From the NCBI RefSeq assembly GCF_009914755.1, contig NC_060926.1: a stretch of DNA of 64,000 nt; one strand, given 5' to 3'. The position numbers and the translations under genes were made by a program. The notes below the pieces were generated by a model that was given only the letters and a program-made list of their open reading frames with translations, was not told the DNA's origin and searched no databases. Shown piece after piece: positions 31,174 through 47,116 of the stretch. How positions within the stretch are numbered: the first letter of the stretch is position 1; every line of letters starts with the position of its first letter. Origin of the DNA: the human T2T-CHM13v2.0 reference genome, Homo sapiens.

Positions 31174-31848
31174 CCATACATACATATGGATACTTGAAGA
31201 TGCTTACAAAATGTTCACAGCAGTGTTATTCCTAATTGCCAAAACTGGAAACAGCACAAACATTGGTCAATAGTAGAAATGGATAAACTGGTGGTATATT
31301 CATCCAGTGAAATACAACAATGACAATACATGAATTACAGCTAATCACAACTACACGTATGCATCTCAGCAAAGGCAAACACAAAAGCACTCATTGGATA
31401 ATCTATGTATGATTTGGTTTGTATAAAGTTCAAAAATAGACAAAGCAAATCCACAGTGGTAGAATTCAGGCTGGTGGTCACCTCCAGGGCAGGGAGCGGT
31501 GTCAAAGACGGGGCATGAACAGGTCTTCTCAGGTGGGAAGATGAGTGTGAGTGGTGGCTACACAGCTATGTTCACTTTGTGAAACTTCATTAAGCTATGG
31601 GATTTTCATCAATGATGCTTCTGTATGTCTATTATACTTCAATTTTTAAAAGAATACTTGCAAATCACTAAATTTTTTAAAAGCCCAAGAGCCTAAAAGA
31701 TAAGGCAAGAAAGCAACATGAACATGCAATTTTAGAAAAGGAATTTAAAATAACTGATAAACATAAGGTAGCAAAACTGAAAAAACGAGAAGAAAATGAA
31801 GATCCGTCCCATTTCTACCTTTTACAATGGCAGATATAAAAGGATTTT

Positions 31849-32180
<332 letters not shown>

Positions 32181-32901
32181 TCAGTGGGGAAACCTCTTAG
32201 AGGTGCAGCTTGGAGATGTTTATCAAAATGTAAGATATACATTATTTGCATCCAACAAGTTCTACTTTGAGAAATATATTCTACATTTATACTGGCACAA
32301 ATGCAGAAAGAATACATACAGGAGTGTTTATTACAGATGTATAACAACAAAATATTAACCACTTAGGCATCCATTAATAAGAGAGTTGTTTAATAAATCA
32401 CACATGCATACCATAAGATATCATTAAGCTCTTGAAAAAGATAGATGTGTAACGCTGCAAAATGTAGTGACAGAATAAAGCAAGGTAATTAATAGATTAT
32501 CAAAGCTTCTGTGTGTGCATGGGTGTGTACAGAAATTTTTCTTTATGATACAATTTCAGAGAAGCTACACAAGAAATTCCAGATGATTTCCTCATTAGAA
32601 GGGCACTGGGAGTACAAGGTTGAAAGGCAGCTCTCATTCCACCGTACATCCCTCCATATGCTTCGGTTTTCTTACTCTGTGTATGTATAATATCTGCACG
32701 TATTTCTGAGGCGGGAGATAGGGGTTCATGCTCCACAACCAAAGAAAGCAGCCAAACCACTTTCCACATAGCCACTGAGAATCAGTAATTATGTGGTTCC
32801 TTGCCATCACTGACTTAAATGGGATTTGGCCAAAAAGAGCTCGTGCAGCGAGAGATTTAAGTTACAGATATTTTAAACTACCTAGGTGTAGTCACCACTT
32901 A

Positions 32902-33263
<362 letters not shown>

Positions 33264-33792
33264 AGAGTCAGAGACTTTCCAAAATTTAAGTCCCCAAGAT
33301 AGCACCTTTCTCCATTTGCAACAAAACCTTTCCTTCCTAGTTGTGGATGATGTTAATGGGGAATCAAGAGGAGGAGGAACAGATCCAAGTCTTTGCAATG
33401 ATGTAACTCTCTTGGACAAGCCCTGGGCAGATACAAAGGTCAGAGAACACATTCTGCAGTGGCTAAAAAAGGTCCACTTGGCTATATCGTCTCCTCTGTT
33501 AGGGGCTGAAAACCTATGTGTTTCTCCTTTTTAAAGGTTGCCATCATATCCCAAGCAACTGCATAGTCTTAGCATTCTTCTAACTTAAAATAAAACTAGA
33601 CTTAAGTAAGATTTATAATAGAATAAGGTAATTTACTCAACAAATATGACTCCCTTTATTTGAAAGTGTGTGGTAACTGATATATTGTGGGGTGCCCCAG
33701 ATCTATCATGTTCCAGTAGGGCATCACCAGCTTTCATTAACTTTGAGTGTAAGTATACAGGCCACATAGAGAAACAAGAATAAAGGAAAGAA

Positions 33793-34073
33793 GGCAGGGC
33801 GTGGTGGCTCACACCTATGATCCCAGCACTTAGGGAGGCAGAGGCAGGCAGGTCACTTGAGGTCAGGAGTTTGAAACCAGCCTGGCCAACATGGTGAAAC
33901 CCTGTCTCTACTAAAAATACAAAAAAATTACCCAGACATGGTGGTGGGTGCCTGTAATCCCAGCTACTTGGGAGGCTGAGACAGGAGGATTGCTTGAACC
34001 CGGGAGGTGGAGGTTGCAGTAAGCTGAGATAGCACACTGCACTCCAGCCTGGGTGACACAGTGAGACTCCGTC
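33793..34073 (+). mobile_element. AluS with expanded purine tail
   Basis: Full dimer; TSD aagaat(a/g)aaggaaagaa at 33776-33792 and 34294-34310. Confidence 0.95.
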
Positions 34074-34293
34074 AAGAAAGAAAGAAAAGAAAGAGAAAGA
34101 AAAAGAAAGAAAAGAAGGAAAAGAAAAAGAAAAGAAGGAAAAGAAAAAGGAAAGAAAGAAGGAAAAGAAAGAAAAAAGAAAGAAGAAAAAGAAAAGGAGA
34201 AAAAAGAAGGAAGGAAGGAAAGAAGGAAAGAAAAGAAAAAAGGAAAGAAAGAAAAAGAAAGAAACAAACAAAGAAACAAAGAAAGAAAGAAAA
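34074..34293. repeat. (GAAA/GGAA)n polypurine tract
   Basis: Only A and G from 34074 to 34264. Confidence 0.95.
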
Positions 34294-35289
34294 AAGAATG
34301 AAGGAAAGAAATCTTAGGTCTGGCTTCTGAATTAGCAAATGTATTAGCTATCCATGAGCCCTGTGAGCATTCTAAAGCAAGGAGAGTACGACCACAAAGA
34401 CATCATCAGATCCATCAACCAATCAACACAACTTCACAGGAGAAGTCTGGGGAATCTGTCACAAGAACAAACATGAAAGATAACAACTCTCAAAAGTGAG
34501 ATTCAGACACTCCATGAAATCACTATGCCAAAGACCCACAGTGACGCTGGTTACCAGTTACAAATAGCCTGGACTGAGTTCTGATAGGATTTTATAGATG
34601 GAGAGCTGTGTTTTTGACATTCTACATGAACCAGAACAATTTCCCAGTGATATTGAGCTATAAATCAAAAATGAATCAGTGTTGATGCTTCAAAAGAAAA
34701 TAAAAATAGGAGTCATAGTTTTTCTTGATCCAATGACAATAATTCTTCCCTGACAGCATCAGCTTTACTTCTACTCAGTGCTAATAAATAACTCATAACC
34801 AGGTATCAGGGCAGTGAACTGAACACTGCCATGGTTGGACCACCACCCTTAGGGTTTTTCAAAACAAGTTCCTTAGACCCTGTAGGTTTAAGCCCTAAGG
34901 GACCACAGTGGGCCCCTCATCCCACCCCCACATCATTTCAATCAGAACGACTTCTTTATCATTTCCATTAGGAGCGAGAGTTATGTCAAAGATTTACCTG
35001 CAAAGATTTAGCTAAAAAGAACACTTGGAAAACACATATAAATGAAACACATATGAATGAAGACCCCCTAGCCACATTCATCCTTGTAGTTAGGACTGGA
35101 ATTCTAGCCATAGTCACATCCCCAGTCCCTGGCCCAGATCGAACCTCTAATATAATTATTACCCACCAAGAAAATAAGATCGTATTCTGTTTCAGTACTC
35201 AGAGACGGTTCTCAGAGACATTCATCAACTACCTCCAACCAACACTCAACTTCATGGAAGCCATGTAGCCTTTTCCTGGGATCCATATA

Positions 35290-36011
35290 CAGTAGTCCCC
35301 TTTGTCCATGATTCTACTGTCTGCAGTTTGTTACTCACAGTCGACTATAGTATGAAAATATTAAATAGAAAATTCAATAACTAAATGATCCATATGTTTT
35401 AAATTGCAAGCTGTTCTGAGTAGTGTGATAAAATCTCACACTACCCCACTCCATTATTCCCTAGACATAAATTATCCTTTTGTCCAGCAAATCCACACCA
35501 TAGACACTCCCTGCCCGTTGGTCACTTATTAGCCCCTGGGTAATCAGGTCAACCATCATGGTATCTCAGTGCTTGTGTTCAAGGAATCCTTAATTTACTT
35601 CATAGTGGCCCCAAAGGCAAGAGTAGTTGATGCTGGCAATCCATGTATGTCAAAGGTATGCTGTAAAGTGCTTCCTTTAAGTGAAAAGGTGAAAGTTGTT
35701 AATAAGGAAAGAAAAAAAAAATCACATGCTGATGTTGCTAAGATCTACGGTAAGAATGAATCTTCTATCTGTGGAGTTGTGAAGAAGGAAAAAAGAAACT
35801 TGTGCTAGGTTTGTTGTTGCATCTCAAAATGCAAAAGTGTCACAGTGCATGATAAGTGCTTAGTTAAGATGGAAAAGGCATTAATTTGTGGGTACAAGGC
35901 AGGAACAGAAATGTATTCCATTAGGTGACAATCAGGTTCAGCACTATCCAAGCTTACAGGCATCCACTGGGGGCCTTGGAACATAGCCCCCACAGATAAG
36001 GGGGTACTACT
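35290..36011. mobile_element. MER44 (Tigger7-derived) DNA transposon
   Basis: TIRs cagtagtcccctt / ataagggggtactac; internal aaagtgcttcctttaagtgaaaaggtgaaagtt; followed by (TACATA)n. Confidence 0.88.
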
Positions 36012-36019
36012 ACATATAT

Positions 36020-36056
<37 letters not shown>

Positions 36057-37063
36057 ACATAGTCATTTTTGCTCATTCTGCCCTCCTTACTTCTAATAAA
36101 AGAAAGCCTCTTTTTTTCTAAGGAGGGGCTGTTCCTTTTTAGTGGAGCAGTTGACAGTAATATGATCCTATCCTGCGTCAGAGGAAAGCAAGTGACCAAA
36201 CTGCAGAGTGTCCCATTCCCTGGACACAGTGATAGGACAATCAGAATCCTTTTTCAGAGACTGAGATAAATGGTGCGACAGAAAAGGTCTTCCTCCCCTG
36301 ATACTGTAAGGGCTAGGACCCTTTGGGGTCAATTCAAGGCCACTTGTGTAGAGAACCAGCCCAAGAATGAAGCTGACATAGAGGAGAGAAGAGAGAAAGG
36401 AGAATGGAGGAAGTGAAACAGGATTCTGACATCATTCGACCCCATAAATCTGGCCAGTTACATTCTGAAATGCGTTCTCATTTATTTTGCTTAAACTAAC
36501 ATGAGGATTTCCATTGCTTGTAACTGTGATGCTCTCAGCTGCTACCACATACATATGTCTCTTTTAATCAAAATGCTTGATGCTAAAGCTCATAGTACTA
36601 CCCCACTCATCTTGGCATCACCTCAAAGATAAATTAGGAACCGATTCACACAAGGAATTTCTTCAACAAGTTCCCCTCAAATTATAGATAGCCTCAGTCT
36701 TAAGAATCCAATTATATCTAATTCAAAAACACAGAAGGACACACCAATATGGAAAATACACAGTGAACAGAATAATGGCTGAAATGGCATTGCCCATATA
36801 CTGTCTCGCTTTCCATTGACCCTTTCTTGCTTGTGTTTCTCACAATCAAAAGCGTTTATCTAATGGCCAACAAGGCTATGGTTTGACCACAGAACAGGGG
36901 AGCTTCTGCTGGCTCATCCCCACTTGCCTCTGCCATGACATTTTTCTCACTACCAATTTAAGGGGAACAAACACCTGAAATACAGAAATAATTTTTACTC
37001 CGAAAAAAAAAATCTAAAGCATTCTACTTACAAAATACGTTTTCAGAGAGCTTTAGAGTACCT

Positions 37064-37633
37064 ATATTAGGGGTCCCCAAGACTAATCCTAGCTTTGGTG
37101 ACTCACAAGAGGGACTCACAGGACTCAGCATATAGTCACACCCATGGCTAAGATTTATGACAGCAAAAGGATATAAAGCTAAATCGGCAGAAGGAAAAGG
37201 TGCATGGAACAAAGTCTGGAGGAAACTAGGCATAAGCTTCCCAGAGTCCTCTCCCAGTGGAGTCACAGAAGGCATATTTAATTCCTCTAGCATCAAGTTG
37301 GGACAACAGGTGCAAAGTGTTGTGTACCAGGGAAGCCTGTTAGAGACTCGGTGACCAGGGATTTTACTGGGGGCTTGTTGCATAGGTCATATACTGCCTG
37401 GCATGTACCAGAATTCCAGACTTCTGGAAGGAAAGCAGGTATTCAGCATAAACCACATGGTTTGTACAAATGGTTTGGGCACACTGAGCCATACTTCTTT
37501 ATGGAAAGTTTAATATTCACATAGGGAACTACTTACTAGCTATGTTGCCAAACAGTACCCAAGGGCCAACCTTGCAAGCAGGCTTTTCTAAGGATAGGGA
37601 ATCCCAAAACAGCTCTATTAACCTTCTCTACAC
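37064..37633 (-). mobile_element. MER68/MER77/MER21-group ERVL LTR
   Basis: ggggtccccaagac...ggactcacaggactcagcatatagtc...caagggccaaccttgcaagcaggcttttctaaggatag. Confidence 0.8.
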
Positions 37634-38911
37634 AAGACCAAAGTTGAATTCCTCACATGAAAAAGAGAACTGAGCCCTGAGACATGGAGCACCTTGCACA
37701 AAATCACACAGCAAAGCTAGAACCAGCACCCAGGTCTCCAGGATTGCAGAGAGAAGATGTCGTCAGCCACACCCCCAACATCTTCCAAAGATGCCTGTGT
37801 TTCCCAAAGTCTGTCCACTTCAGAGCAGAGACTGCAAATTGATGTGAAAATAGCTCTGTTCTCAGTCCACAAATTCGCCATGGCAACATTAATTACATCC
37901 CTCACTTGAAAGTTTCACTGATGGAATATAATTTTTAATATTCTACCACTATCCCTCCTCTTAGACAAAGATACCTCTCCAATCCTATTTAATTATATCT
38001 GAAAATATCCAGTTCATTACCACCTTAATTAAAATCATACATCTTCATTTAAAGCTGGAGGAGTCCTTAGAGATGGTCTATCTATTTCAACGTCTTTATT
38101 TCACAGAAGCAGTACTGTGGTTCAGAGAGGAAACAACTTGACTGGGCCTCCATCATCAATAGGTCTAAATGCCAGGGCCAGAATCCTCCCCACTTGGCTT
38201 GATGTCACGTGCCCTTCCTGCTGCCTCTTGCTGTCCTACCAAGCCAGACTCTCAGAATTCGGAAGACTGTGTGCTTATTATAAACCCTTCAGCGCTTAAT
38301 GATCTGAAATGAGCTCCACTTCATGACCTCTGCAAGGAGGCCTGTACAGCCCTGCAAAGAGGCAATATTCCTGAAATTAGAGAATAAAAATGATTGCTGC
38401 AGTGGCAACGATCTCAAATGACATTTAGGTGTGATTTATACGCATCCTCTTTTAAATATATGCAGTTACCCAGAAGTACAACACGCTGTTGAATCTGGAA
38501 AGAATCAACATGCCTGGGACATCTTGCCCCACAACCAAAGCTGCTGGACTGGCTACCGAGGGATCTCCCACACCCTGTCTAGTTCCTGAGCAATCTGTGA
38601 TTCTTTCAGGCTCAACTGGCCTGAAAGAAAATTAAGGGGCTTATTTACATGGCCCAAGGAAACAGAGATTCAGTCTTCCCCACATGTTATTATCACACTG
38701 CACAAAGGAGCCAGAAAGGCATGAACACAGAAGAGCAGTCATTTCTCTCCAGAACAGATTCTCATTGTGCATCATCCAGCAACTAGAAGAACCCAAGTGC
38801 TGAGAATGCTTCCCTATTCTAACCTGAAATATCTGTCACATCATAAAAGCTGATGGATAGAAGGGGCTCAGTCTAGAAAGTAGTATTTAAATGTATCAGA
38901 AAGGTATAAGC

Positions 38912-39124
38912 CAGTGTTTCTCAACCGGGGGCACTTTTAGCCGCCAGGGGGTATTTGGCAGTGAGACATTGTTGGTTGTCACAGCTGGAAGAGAGGTCAT
39001 CACCACTGGCTTCTAACAGGTAGAGGCCAGGAATGCTGCTAAACAGCCTACAAGGTACAGGGCAGCCCCACAGCAAAGAATCAGGGCCCCAAATACCAAT
39101 AGCACCCAGGCTGACAAACTCCCT
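38912..39124. mobile_element. MER20 hAT relic
   Basis: cagtgtttctcaaccggggg...ggtagaggccaggaatgctgctaaaca...ggcagcccc. Confidence 0.88.
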
Positions 39125-39790
39125 TCTAGGCAGATACAGGCCAATTCACATTTCTTGAGAGGGTGGAGACAGATGTGATGCCGAGAGTTCTGTGCTGTTT
39201 CAGTGTTAAGTGCAATGACATATAATAAAAATGAGAAAACAGAACTAAAAAACACAGTTAACCAGGATTCCAGTTCCCATAAATTTTAGACTGAATTTTA
39301 GTTTATTTCACTGTTTTAGGCTTTGTGTCTTTGCATTCTGCAACACTTCAAATGCCTTTTGTTTCCAACTGGGCCATTCTGCTTGGGATGCAGTAGCAAT
39401 GCTGCCTCCATTTCTAGAGCCCAGGAACCCAGGGAGTAAAGAACTCTCAGGGTGAACTTCCGGAGGGACCCACAGAACACAGCTTGCCCAGACAGCCATC
39501 AGCTATTATGTGGCCTGTGTTCCAGAGCCTCTGGCTACTGCCCAGAAGTTTGTGTTTTTAATTATGTTTCTAAGAATTTACAGCCAAATTTTAGAAACCA
39601 CTGTGAAAACACTGGGAAATCAAGATAGCAATTAGGAATAAGAAAGAAAACTCATACTACCAAACACCGTAGCAGCACATCCTTATAATCTAGGCAACAG
39701 AGCGGGTGCATACTATAAAAATAAGATTTGCAAATTGTGCTTATAGAAGAAAAATAGCCAAGCATTAAAAGAGCTAGGACATAGGCTCTA

Positions 39791-40157
<367 letters not shown>

Positions 40158-43100
40158 TTAGTACTTGTCGGGGTCTTCCAGTGTTCCTCAAATTTGCACC
40201 AAGAAAACGTCCACCTGGATGAAGAAATTATCTGAAGACCAAATGGGACGGTTAGCTCATTAACAGGATCCAGCATGCTTTCATGTTTCCCAGCTGCAAG
40301 GAAGGAGCAGACTGCCAGATGGCTCGATTTGATGCAGCTGTGTAGGAGATTTGCTGCCTAAGGGCTCCCAGGTGAGGGATAGAGTGGCTGCTGAAACCCA
40401 GGCCGTTAGGCTTGCTGGACTGAGCACCTTGGCATGGGGTTCCATCTACATTAGGAGAAGAGGGCTTTTTCTAATATGCACTAAGGTCCCCGTGGTGTAG
40501 CAGGGCTGTAACTGTATGGTAGAGAAGGCATGGTCCATTTGCCAAGCAAGGCCAGCCCAGACATGTGGGGCTCTGTGGGGGGGTGGGGGAAGGGGACCAT
40601 GTGGCGGTCCTGAGCATGCAAAATGGGAGGCCAGAGGGAGGAAGGGAACGCAATGACCTTCTTGGCGCTGTAGGGTTCTTCTTCCACACAGCTTGAGTGG
40701 GAAGAATCGAGAGGAAGTAAGTGACCACAAACCACAGGTACTGAGAGCTGGGAATAAACTTATAAAGATGGTTGGCCTTGATTTTTCATCTACAGAATGG
40801 ACCCTGATTAAGCCATTCTGGAAGCAAATCCATCTGCCATCTGAACCATGGTCAGGCCCCTACCCCACCCCCAGTGCCCACCATTCCTGCTGCTGTCAGC
40901 CAAGAGCCAGGCCGAGAATCGCCCCCTCAGCTGTCAGACACCCTGATGTCATACTCACACTTGCCTTCAATGCTAGGGGCCTGCGGTATGTATAGAAGTG
41001 GCTGAAAACAATCTCTGCCTCTTAGGTCACAGTTTGGTAGAGGAGAGAGGCACACACACAGGGTTCTCATTGTTTTTCCTAGCTCCATGCCATCCCTCTG
41101 GGTCACGCTTTCATGAGATGTGTCACTCGCCACACGGAGTGAATGCCCAGCACCCTAGGAAGGTAGAAGAAAGCTAAGCAGCTATGAGGGTCCTTAGCTT
41201 TAGCTCCCTACCAAACCGGACCATAAGAGAGTGCAATTCCTAAACAGGATCTGGTTTCATGGAGAGAGAACACAAAAGACTGCACAGATGAACCTAGTTT
41301 GATTTAAGTTAGGCAGATTTCAGCAGGTGCGTGGGAGCAGGTGGCATTTATGAGAGAACATCCTAAGTCAAAACGAGGCATGTCTCGGGGAGGCAGGTCT
41401 CCAAAAAGGACAGGCCCCAGGAAGAGTGAGACTCCTGGGGACCCAACCACACAGAGGTGAGCCCAGGATGCAGAAGGTCCTAGGGAACACCTGTGCTTAA
41501 GAAACTGGGCAAAGATGGGAGAGCCAGTGAAAGAAACAAATGACACCCATGGGCACAGTAAGATGAGGATTTGAAGGTGCAGGGCTGTGCGGTCAAGGGA
41601 GGGTTTTCAGGGTGGTGGCCACAGACGTGTCCAAGAATAACTCCTGAGGAAAAGGTATTTGACTGGTCAGCTGGAGCGGGGTGGTGTGAGACCAGGGGAT
41701 ACAGAGGAAGAATTGAGGGGACGTGAGGATTCTGAAAAGTCCTGGAGATCTTAGGAGGAAAGATGCTAAGAATTAGGTTATGGACTGTGACTTGCCTGTG
41801 AAATTCTACGAAGTGGTTTTAGTCGTGAGACAAGCCTGTGACTGTTGCATTTCTCACCAAACCCTAAACCAGAAAAATAAAAATGCCACAAGGGCCTGGT
41901 ATGGCCACACCTGGGGGAAAACTGTATCCCCAATGCTGATGGTTTAATCTCATATAGACCTAATTTTAGCTGACAGAATTAAGCTCCCCTAACATAAAAG
42001 GGCCACCCATTAAGTGGCAATAAGAATTTTAACCTTGAACAAATGGCCCAGCAGGACTCCTTCCCAATCACACAGAATGCCTCTCAGAGGCCAAGATTTT
42101 CTTTTTAGGAGAGAAAGGTCTCCCACACAAAAAGGAACCAAGAGGAGAGACAGATAATGGCCTGGCCTCTCCTGAGTCTCTGTTACAAAGCTGAAGGTTA
42201 AGGGCCAGCAGGGGTCATACCTTTCTTAAAATCTGAGGCATCTGCAAGTATTTACAAGTCCTGAAAAGAAAGGACAAACTTGGCACCTTGCAGACAGGTC
42301 CACCTAAGTTCCTCTGATGCACAGGAGTTCCTTCCTTTCCCAGAAGGAAAACACTATCTCAGGATGGGAGGTGGGGAACAACCCTTTTACCTCCTAAACT
42401 GAACTATTAAACACAGACATTAATATCTACTCACTGCTGAGATGCTGCAGAGCCAACTCTTTCTAAACCTCATAAACGCCTTTATGCATGATCACATTCC
42501 ATCCCAACTATTGTCTGCCATGTTCCGATTCCTCTGGCCTGGAAGCTCCAGGAGCTGCAGCTATCTTATTCCTATCTGTGAATTCCTGCTCCAACCTTAC
42601 CCCAGTATGAGGCTGAGACCAGCACAAAACAGACACCCAACAGACTCTTCTTGAACTTAATTAGGGTACCTGCCATGTTTTGAGCCTTTTTTGATAGACA
42701 TTTAATGTCATATACACACACGTAGACATGCACACGCATAAAGATATGGACACCGTCGACTCTAATTTGATACCTTCTGAGAGCCCAAATCTGTGTTCTT
42801 TCTCTGTAGCACACATCGTGGCTCTTCATATGGTCTTGTTCCTTCCCTCAGGAAACACCTATATCAGCCAAGGTCCCGGCAGGGACCAGAAGTCCCTTTA
42901 GACGGCGAAAATGAAGAGATTGTAACTTACTCTCAGGGTTAGGGGAGGCACAGCTGGGACGCTGAGGCATCAGAAATACACAAGGGTCAGAAGCCAGTTC
43001 CTCGCTGAGGGCTGCAGTGAGAGGAGGAGACCATCCGCAGAGCAAGCTGGAGCCCTGCACGAGGCGCTGACTGAGAAAGAAGCTAGTCCAGAGGGGCTAC

Positions 43101-43278
43101 AGCCAGAGGTGCAGGGCCAGGAGAGAGGGGGCAGGAAAGGGACCAGCCTCTCTCCTTTTCACACTGCAGGTCTCCGCAGGTGTTCCCAGGTACTTCAGAC
43201 ACACCTATCTCAGCTGGGAGGCATTTCCCCAGCCCTCCCCACCCACCCTTGGGAGCCTCCGTGCCCACCAGGTATTTA

Positions 43279-43585
43279 CAGTCAGCCCTTCTCTGTGGGT
43301 TCTTTATCTGTGGATTCAATCAACCATAGATCGAAAACATGTGGGGGGGAAAAATACAACAATCAATAATACAAATAAAAACACAGCATAACAACTATTT
43401 ACATAGCATTCACGTTGTATTAGGTATTGTAAGTACATCTAGAGGTGATTTAAAGTATACGGGAGGATGTGTGTAGGTTACATGCAAAATACTATCCCAT
43501 TTCACATCAGGCTCTTGGGCATCCAGGAATTTTTGTATGGGGAGGTCCTGGAACCAACCCCTCTCGGGTGCGGAGGAATGACTCT
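43279..43585. mobile_element. MER2-like Tigger relic
   Basis: cagtcagccct...gtggattcaatcaacc...atttacatagcatt...gtcctggaaccaacccc. Confidence 0.85.
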
Positions 43586-46161
43586 ACTTCTATCATAAAA
43601 AAAGAAATGTTGAACCCTTTTAACCCTCCAATTTTCCTATTTTTGATAATACAGTTATATTAGTTCCATAACTTAAAAATAAGAGGAAGAGAAAGGGTAG
43701 TTTTAGAGGAGCTGTGCAGTATTCTGGCAGGCTTTCATTAAAAGTCTTAAGCACAAGATTTTGCTCAAAAAAGAAAAGTCCACTTACAGATTCTGCTCAC
43801 ACTATTTCCTGTTCTGGATGTGCCCCATTTCAAAAGGATTACTCTCACCAAAGCCAAACAGAAGCACCCAGACACACCCAACTAAGGGAAGAGCAGAATA
43901 TTTTGTGTATGTCAATGCCTCCACTGCACTGGTCTCGCCTTTCTAGAACCAGAAATGTAACGCGTGATGTTCCTGTCAGCCAGTTGTATTTGCAGCTTGT
44001 CATGCCCGTGAACAGAGAAGCATTTCCCATCGTGGTTAGCGTCTGTATGTGTAATGTTGCATGCAGCCATTTGGAAAGATTGGATAACGAAGAGCAAAAG
44101 GCATTGGACAACCTTTCCCCCACAGTACAATTAGTGTGAAAAATACTATGCACAACCAAAGTAATACTAACAAGCAGCTGTGATTATTCCCTTCTCTGCA
44201 TGTCCAGTAATCTGACACAGGGCCTAGACTCAGCAATTCAGATCATGTAAAATCTCATGGCCTAAGAGATAAATAACTGGTTTGAGTGTGTGTGTGTGCA
44301 TGTGTGTGTGAGAGGCAGTGTGTGTGCATGTGTGTGCATACAAAGCAACAATTTTCCAAGTGGAGCCTAACTGCATTTTCAGAAGGGAGGTAAAAAGAGA
44401 CTGCTCTATTCACCAACAATCTCACTAGATTCCCTCCACCCCAAATTCCCTACCACAGAGCTACAAACTTCCATCCTGGATGCACCCAGTATTTGAATGG
44501 AGAGAGCGATCACAAAAGGAAGTAGATGGTTCAGTTATTCCTGCAGGAGAGAAACTTCAAAAGTGAAGTTTCCAGCACCCCAGGCTGGATGGCGTCAGGC
44601 CCTCCTGGGTGGGAGGATGCGTTGGACCTATCATGTCCCACCTGATTTTTTACAGCAGGCTGTCATGTGAATGGCTTCCCCCAAATCCTCAATTCAATCT
44701 AAGAAGACACTTTTATATCTACAAAGGGGCAACTATTCCCATTAGAACTTTTGATGCAAGGATTACTGGTAAACTTTCCAGTTTATCAAAGCATTTATAG
44801 TGTGGGGCACAGAATTCTTTCACGAAGTTCGTTTGTTTTTCTCACGCTACAAAATAAAATGGATTTAAAAATCACATCACCATAATCTATCCATCTACAA
44901 GTATAACTCTAAAGCTGTAAGTGACATAATGTTTTAGGATGATTCTTCCATGATTTTTTAAAAACAAATATGAAGTTTCTAACACTGAGAAGCTTTTTGG
45001 ACAGACTCACTGTCCAAATGAACAGACTCACTGAATTTAAAAGTTCTGGATTCACCTACGTCCTGAATGTTCTTGCTGTCATCACCTAAACAAATCCATC
45101 CTTTTTTTTCTTTTTCCTGTTTTCTCCCTTAACAAAGGAGCTAATGAACAGGGTGAATGCTCTCCTAGGGGTAGGAAACTAAATTGGTTCCACAGGGCTT
45201 CGGAAGAGATATACTGGGATTTGAATCCAGTCCTGCTCTACACCAGCCATAAAGACAGGGCAGATTGTTTAATGTTTCCAAACCTCAGTTATCTCATCTG
45301 AAAAGTGAAATACTCACAAAGTTGTGAAAATTAAAAGAAATCTATGTAAAATATCAGTCACATAGTAAACAATTTACTGCATGGGTATTTCGTGCTGAAA
45401 ACTTGGCCCCCGTGCTAATGGTAATGATTTGTTCTCTCATACAGGGCATGAAGGACCTCACATGATACCAGACTGAGAGACCTAGTCTTTAAAAAAATAA
45501 AATGATGACAAGAAACAAAAAGTACCTTAGGTACCAAAGCTCAATTATCAAACCAGAGTACTCAGTAAGATTTGAGACTTAAGAAAAAAATCTCAATCCC
45601 AGGCTTTCATCAAGCACTTCAATAAACAAAGCAGAAGTATTTTACCTGTCCAATTACGTGGTAATAAAGGAATTTTCTTAAATTGAGACGATGTATTTTC
45701 ACGGCACATTAAATGCTAGATGTCTGCACCTCAATGACTTTTGTACTGAGGGAAACAAAGGTGAAGAGAGTTAGAATTCATTAAGGGCTGAAGATTAATT
45801 AGGCCACCTCAACCCCATGAGTCACAGCCATCAATTTAAGAGACGTAACAGCATACACTGGATTTTAATTAGGAGGGTTACAAAACTGTTTAAGAACCAA
45901 AGCCCAATTGTCAAGCCCAATTAAGCAGGCTGATGGAACATACTATGTGGTGCTATAAAGTGTTCCTTTTGCAAAAGAAGTGTAAAATAAAATCCTTGTT
46001 CAAGAGCTCACTGGCTTCCCCACATACTATATACTATAGTAAGTGTATACGGAATAAAATTCATTCATTTATTGTGCAAAGGATGTCAGTCTTTGAGACA
46101 ACAAGAAATTAATCTGGAATTAGCCCAAGATCAATGCAAAAATAAGTCAAACAACCCTAGA

Positions 46162-46651
<490 letters not shown>

Positions 46652-47116
46652 TCACAGACACATGGGGCAAATCCGACGGAAAAGGATTTGTAGTCCAATA
46701 TATACATTTGCTTCCTGAGGCACCATTTCTGGTTAACCTTGATCTTCCTTTTTTTTCTTTTTTAAACCAAGCTTCTATCACCCAAAGTAGCTACTTGATG
46801 AATAACTCAACAAGCTCCTTTCCCTTAAAAGGCCAACTAATTTTTTTTTAATTAACTAGAATATACATAACACAGAAACAATTTTCACATCTTCTTCATA
46901 AGTGTCTACATGCAAATAGCCTTAGCAACACATCATGCTTATCTCTTTCAGAACATATCTAAAATTCTCCACTTTACTTTGGTGAGAGAAATTGAATGTC
47001 AACATTTATGTTCATTCCAGAACTGGGTCCACTTCCTTCCAAATGTAAAATAGCAGCTGCCACCCCACTCTGGCTGCATTGCTGCACTGCCCTTCCCCCA
47101 AACAAACCACCAGCAA

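Noticed and set aside
33633-34338. Long F/S/L-rich and K/R/E-rich ORFs (up to 212 aa)
   Set aside because: Translations of the polypurine tract plus Alu; low-complexity artefacts.
37874-37887. RFX X-box-like ttcgccatggcaac
   Set aside because: Single imperfect motif with no supporting context.
40577-40595. G-run cluster, possible G-quadruplex
   Set aside because: Short and common in primate DNA, and C-rich in the TMEM163 transcript.
43714-44236. 141-aa ORF and overlapping ORFs in unique, mildly CpG-retaining sequence
   Set aside because: No recognisable protein similarity, no poly(A) or TSD of a retrocopy, and a non-ATG start. It could be regulatory, but I have no support for that.
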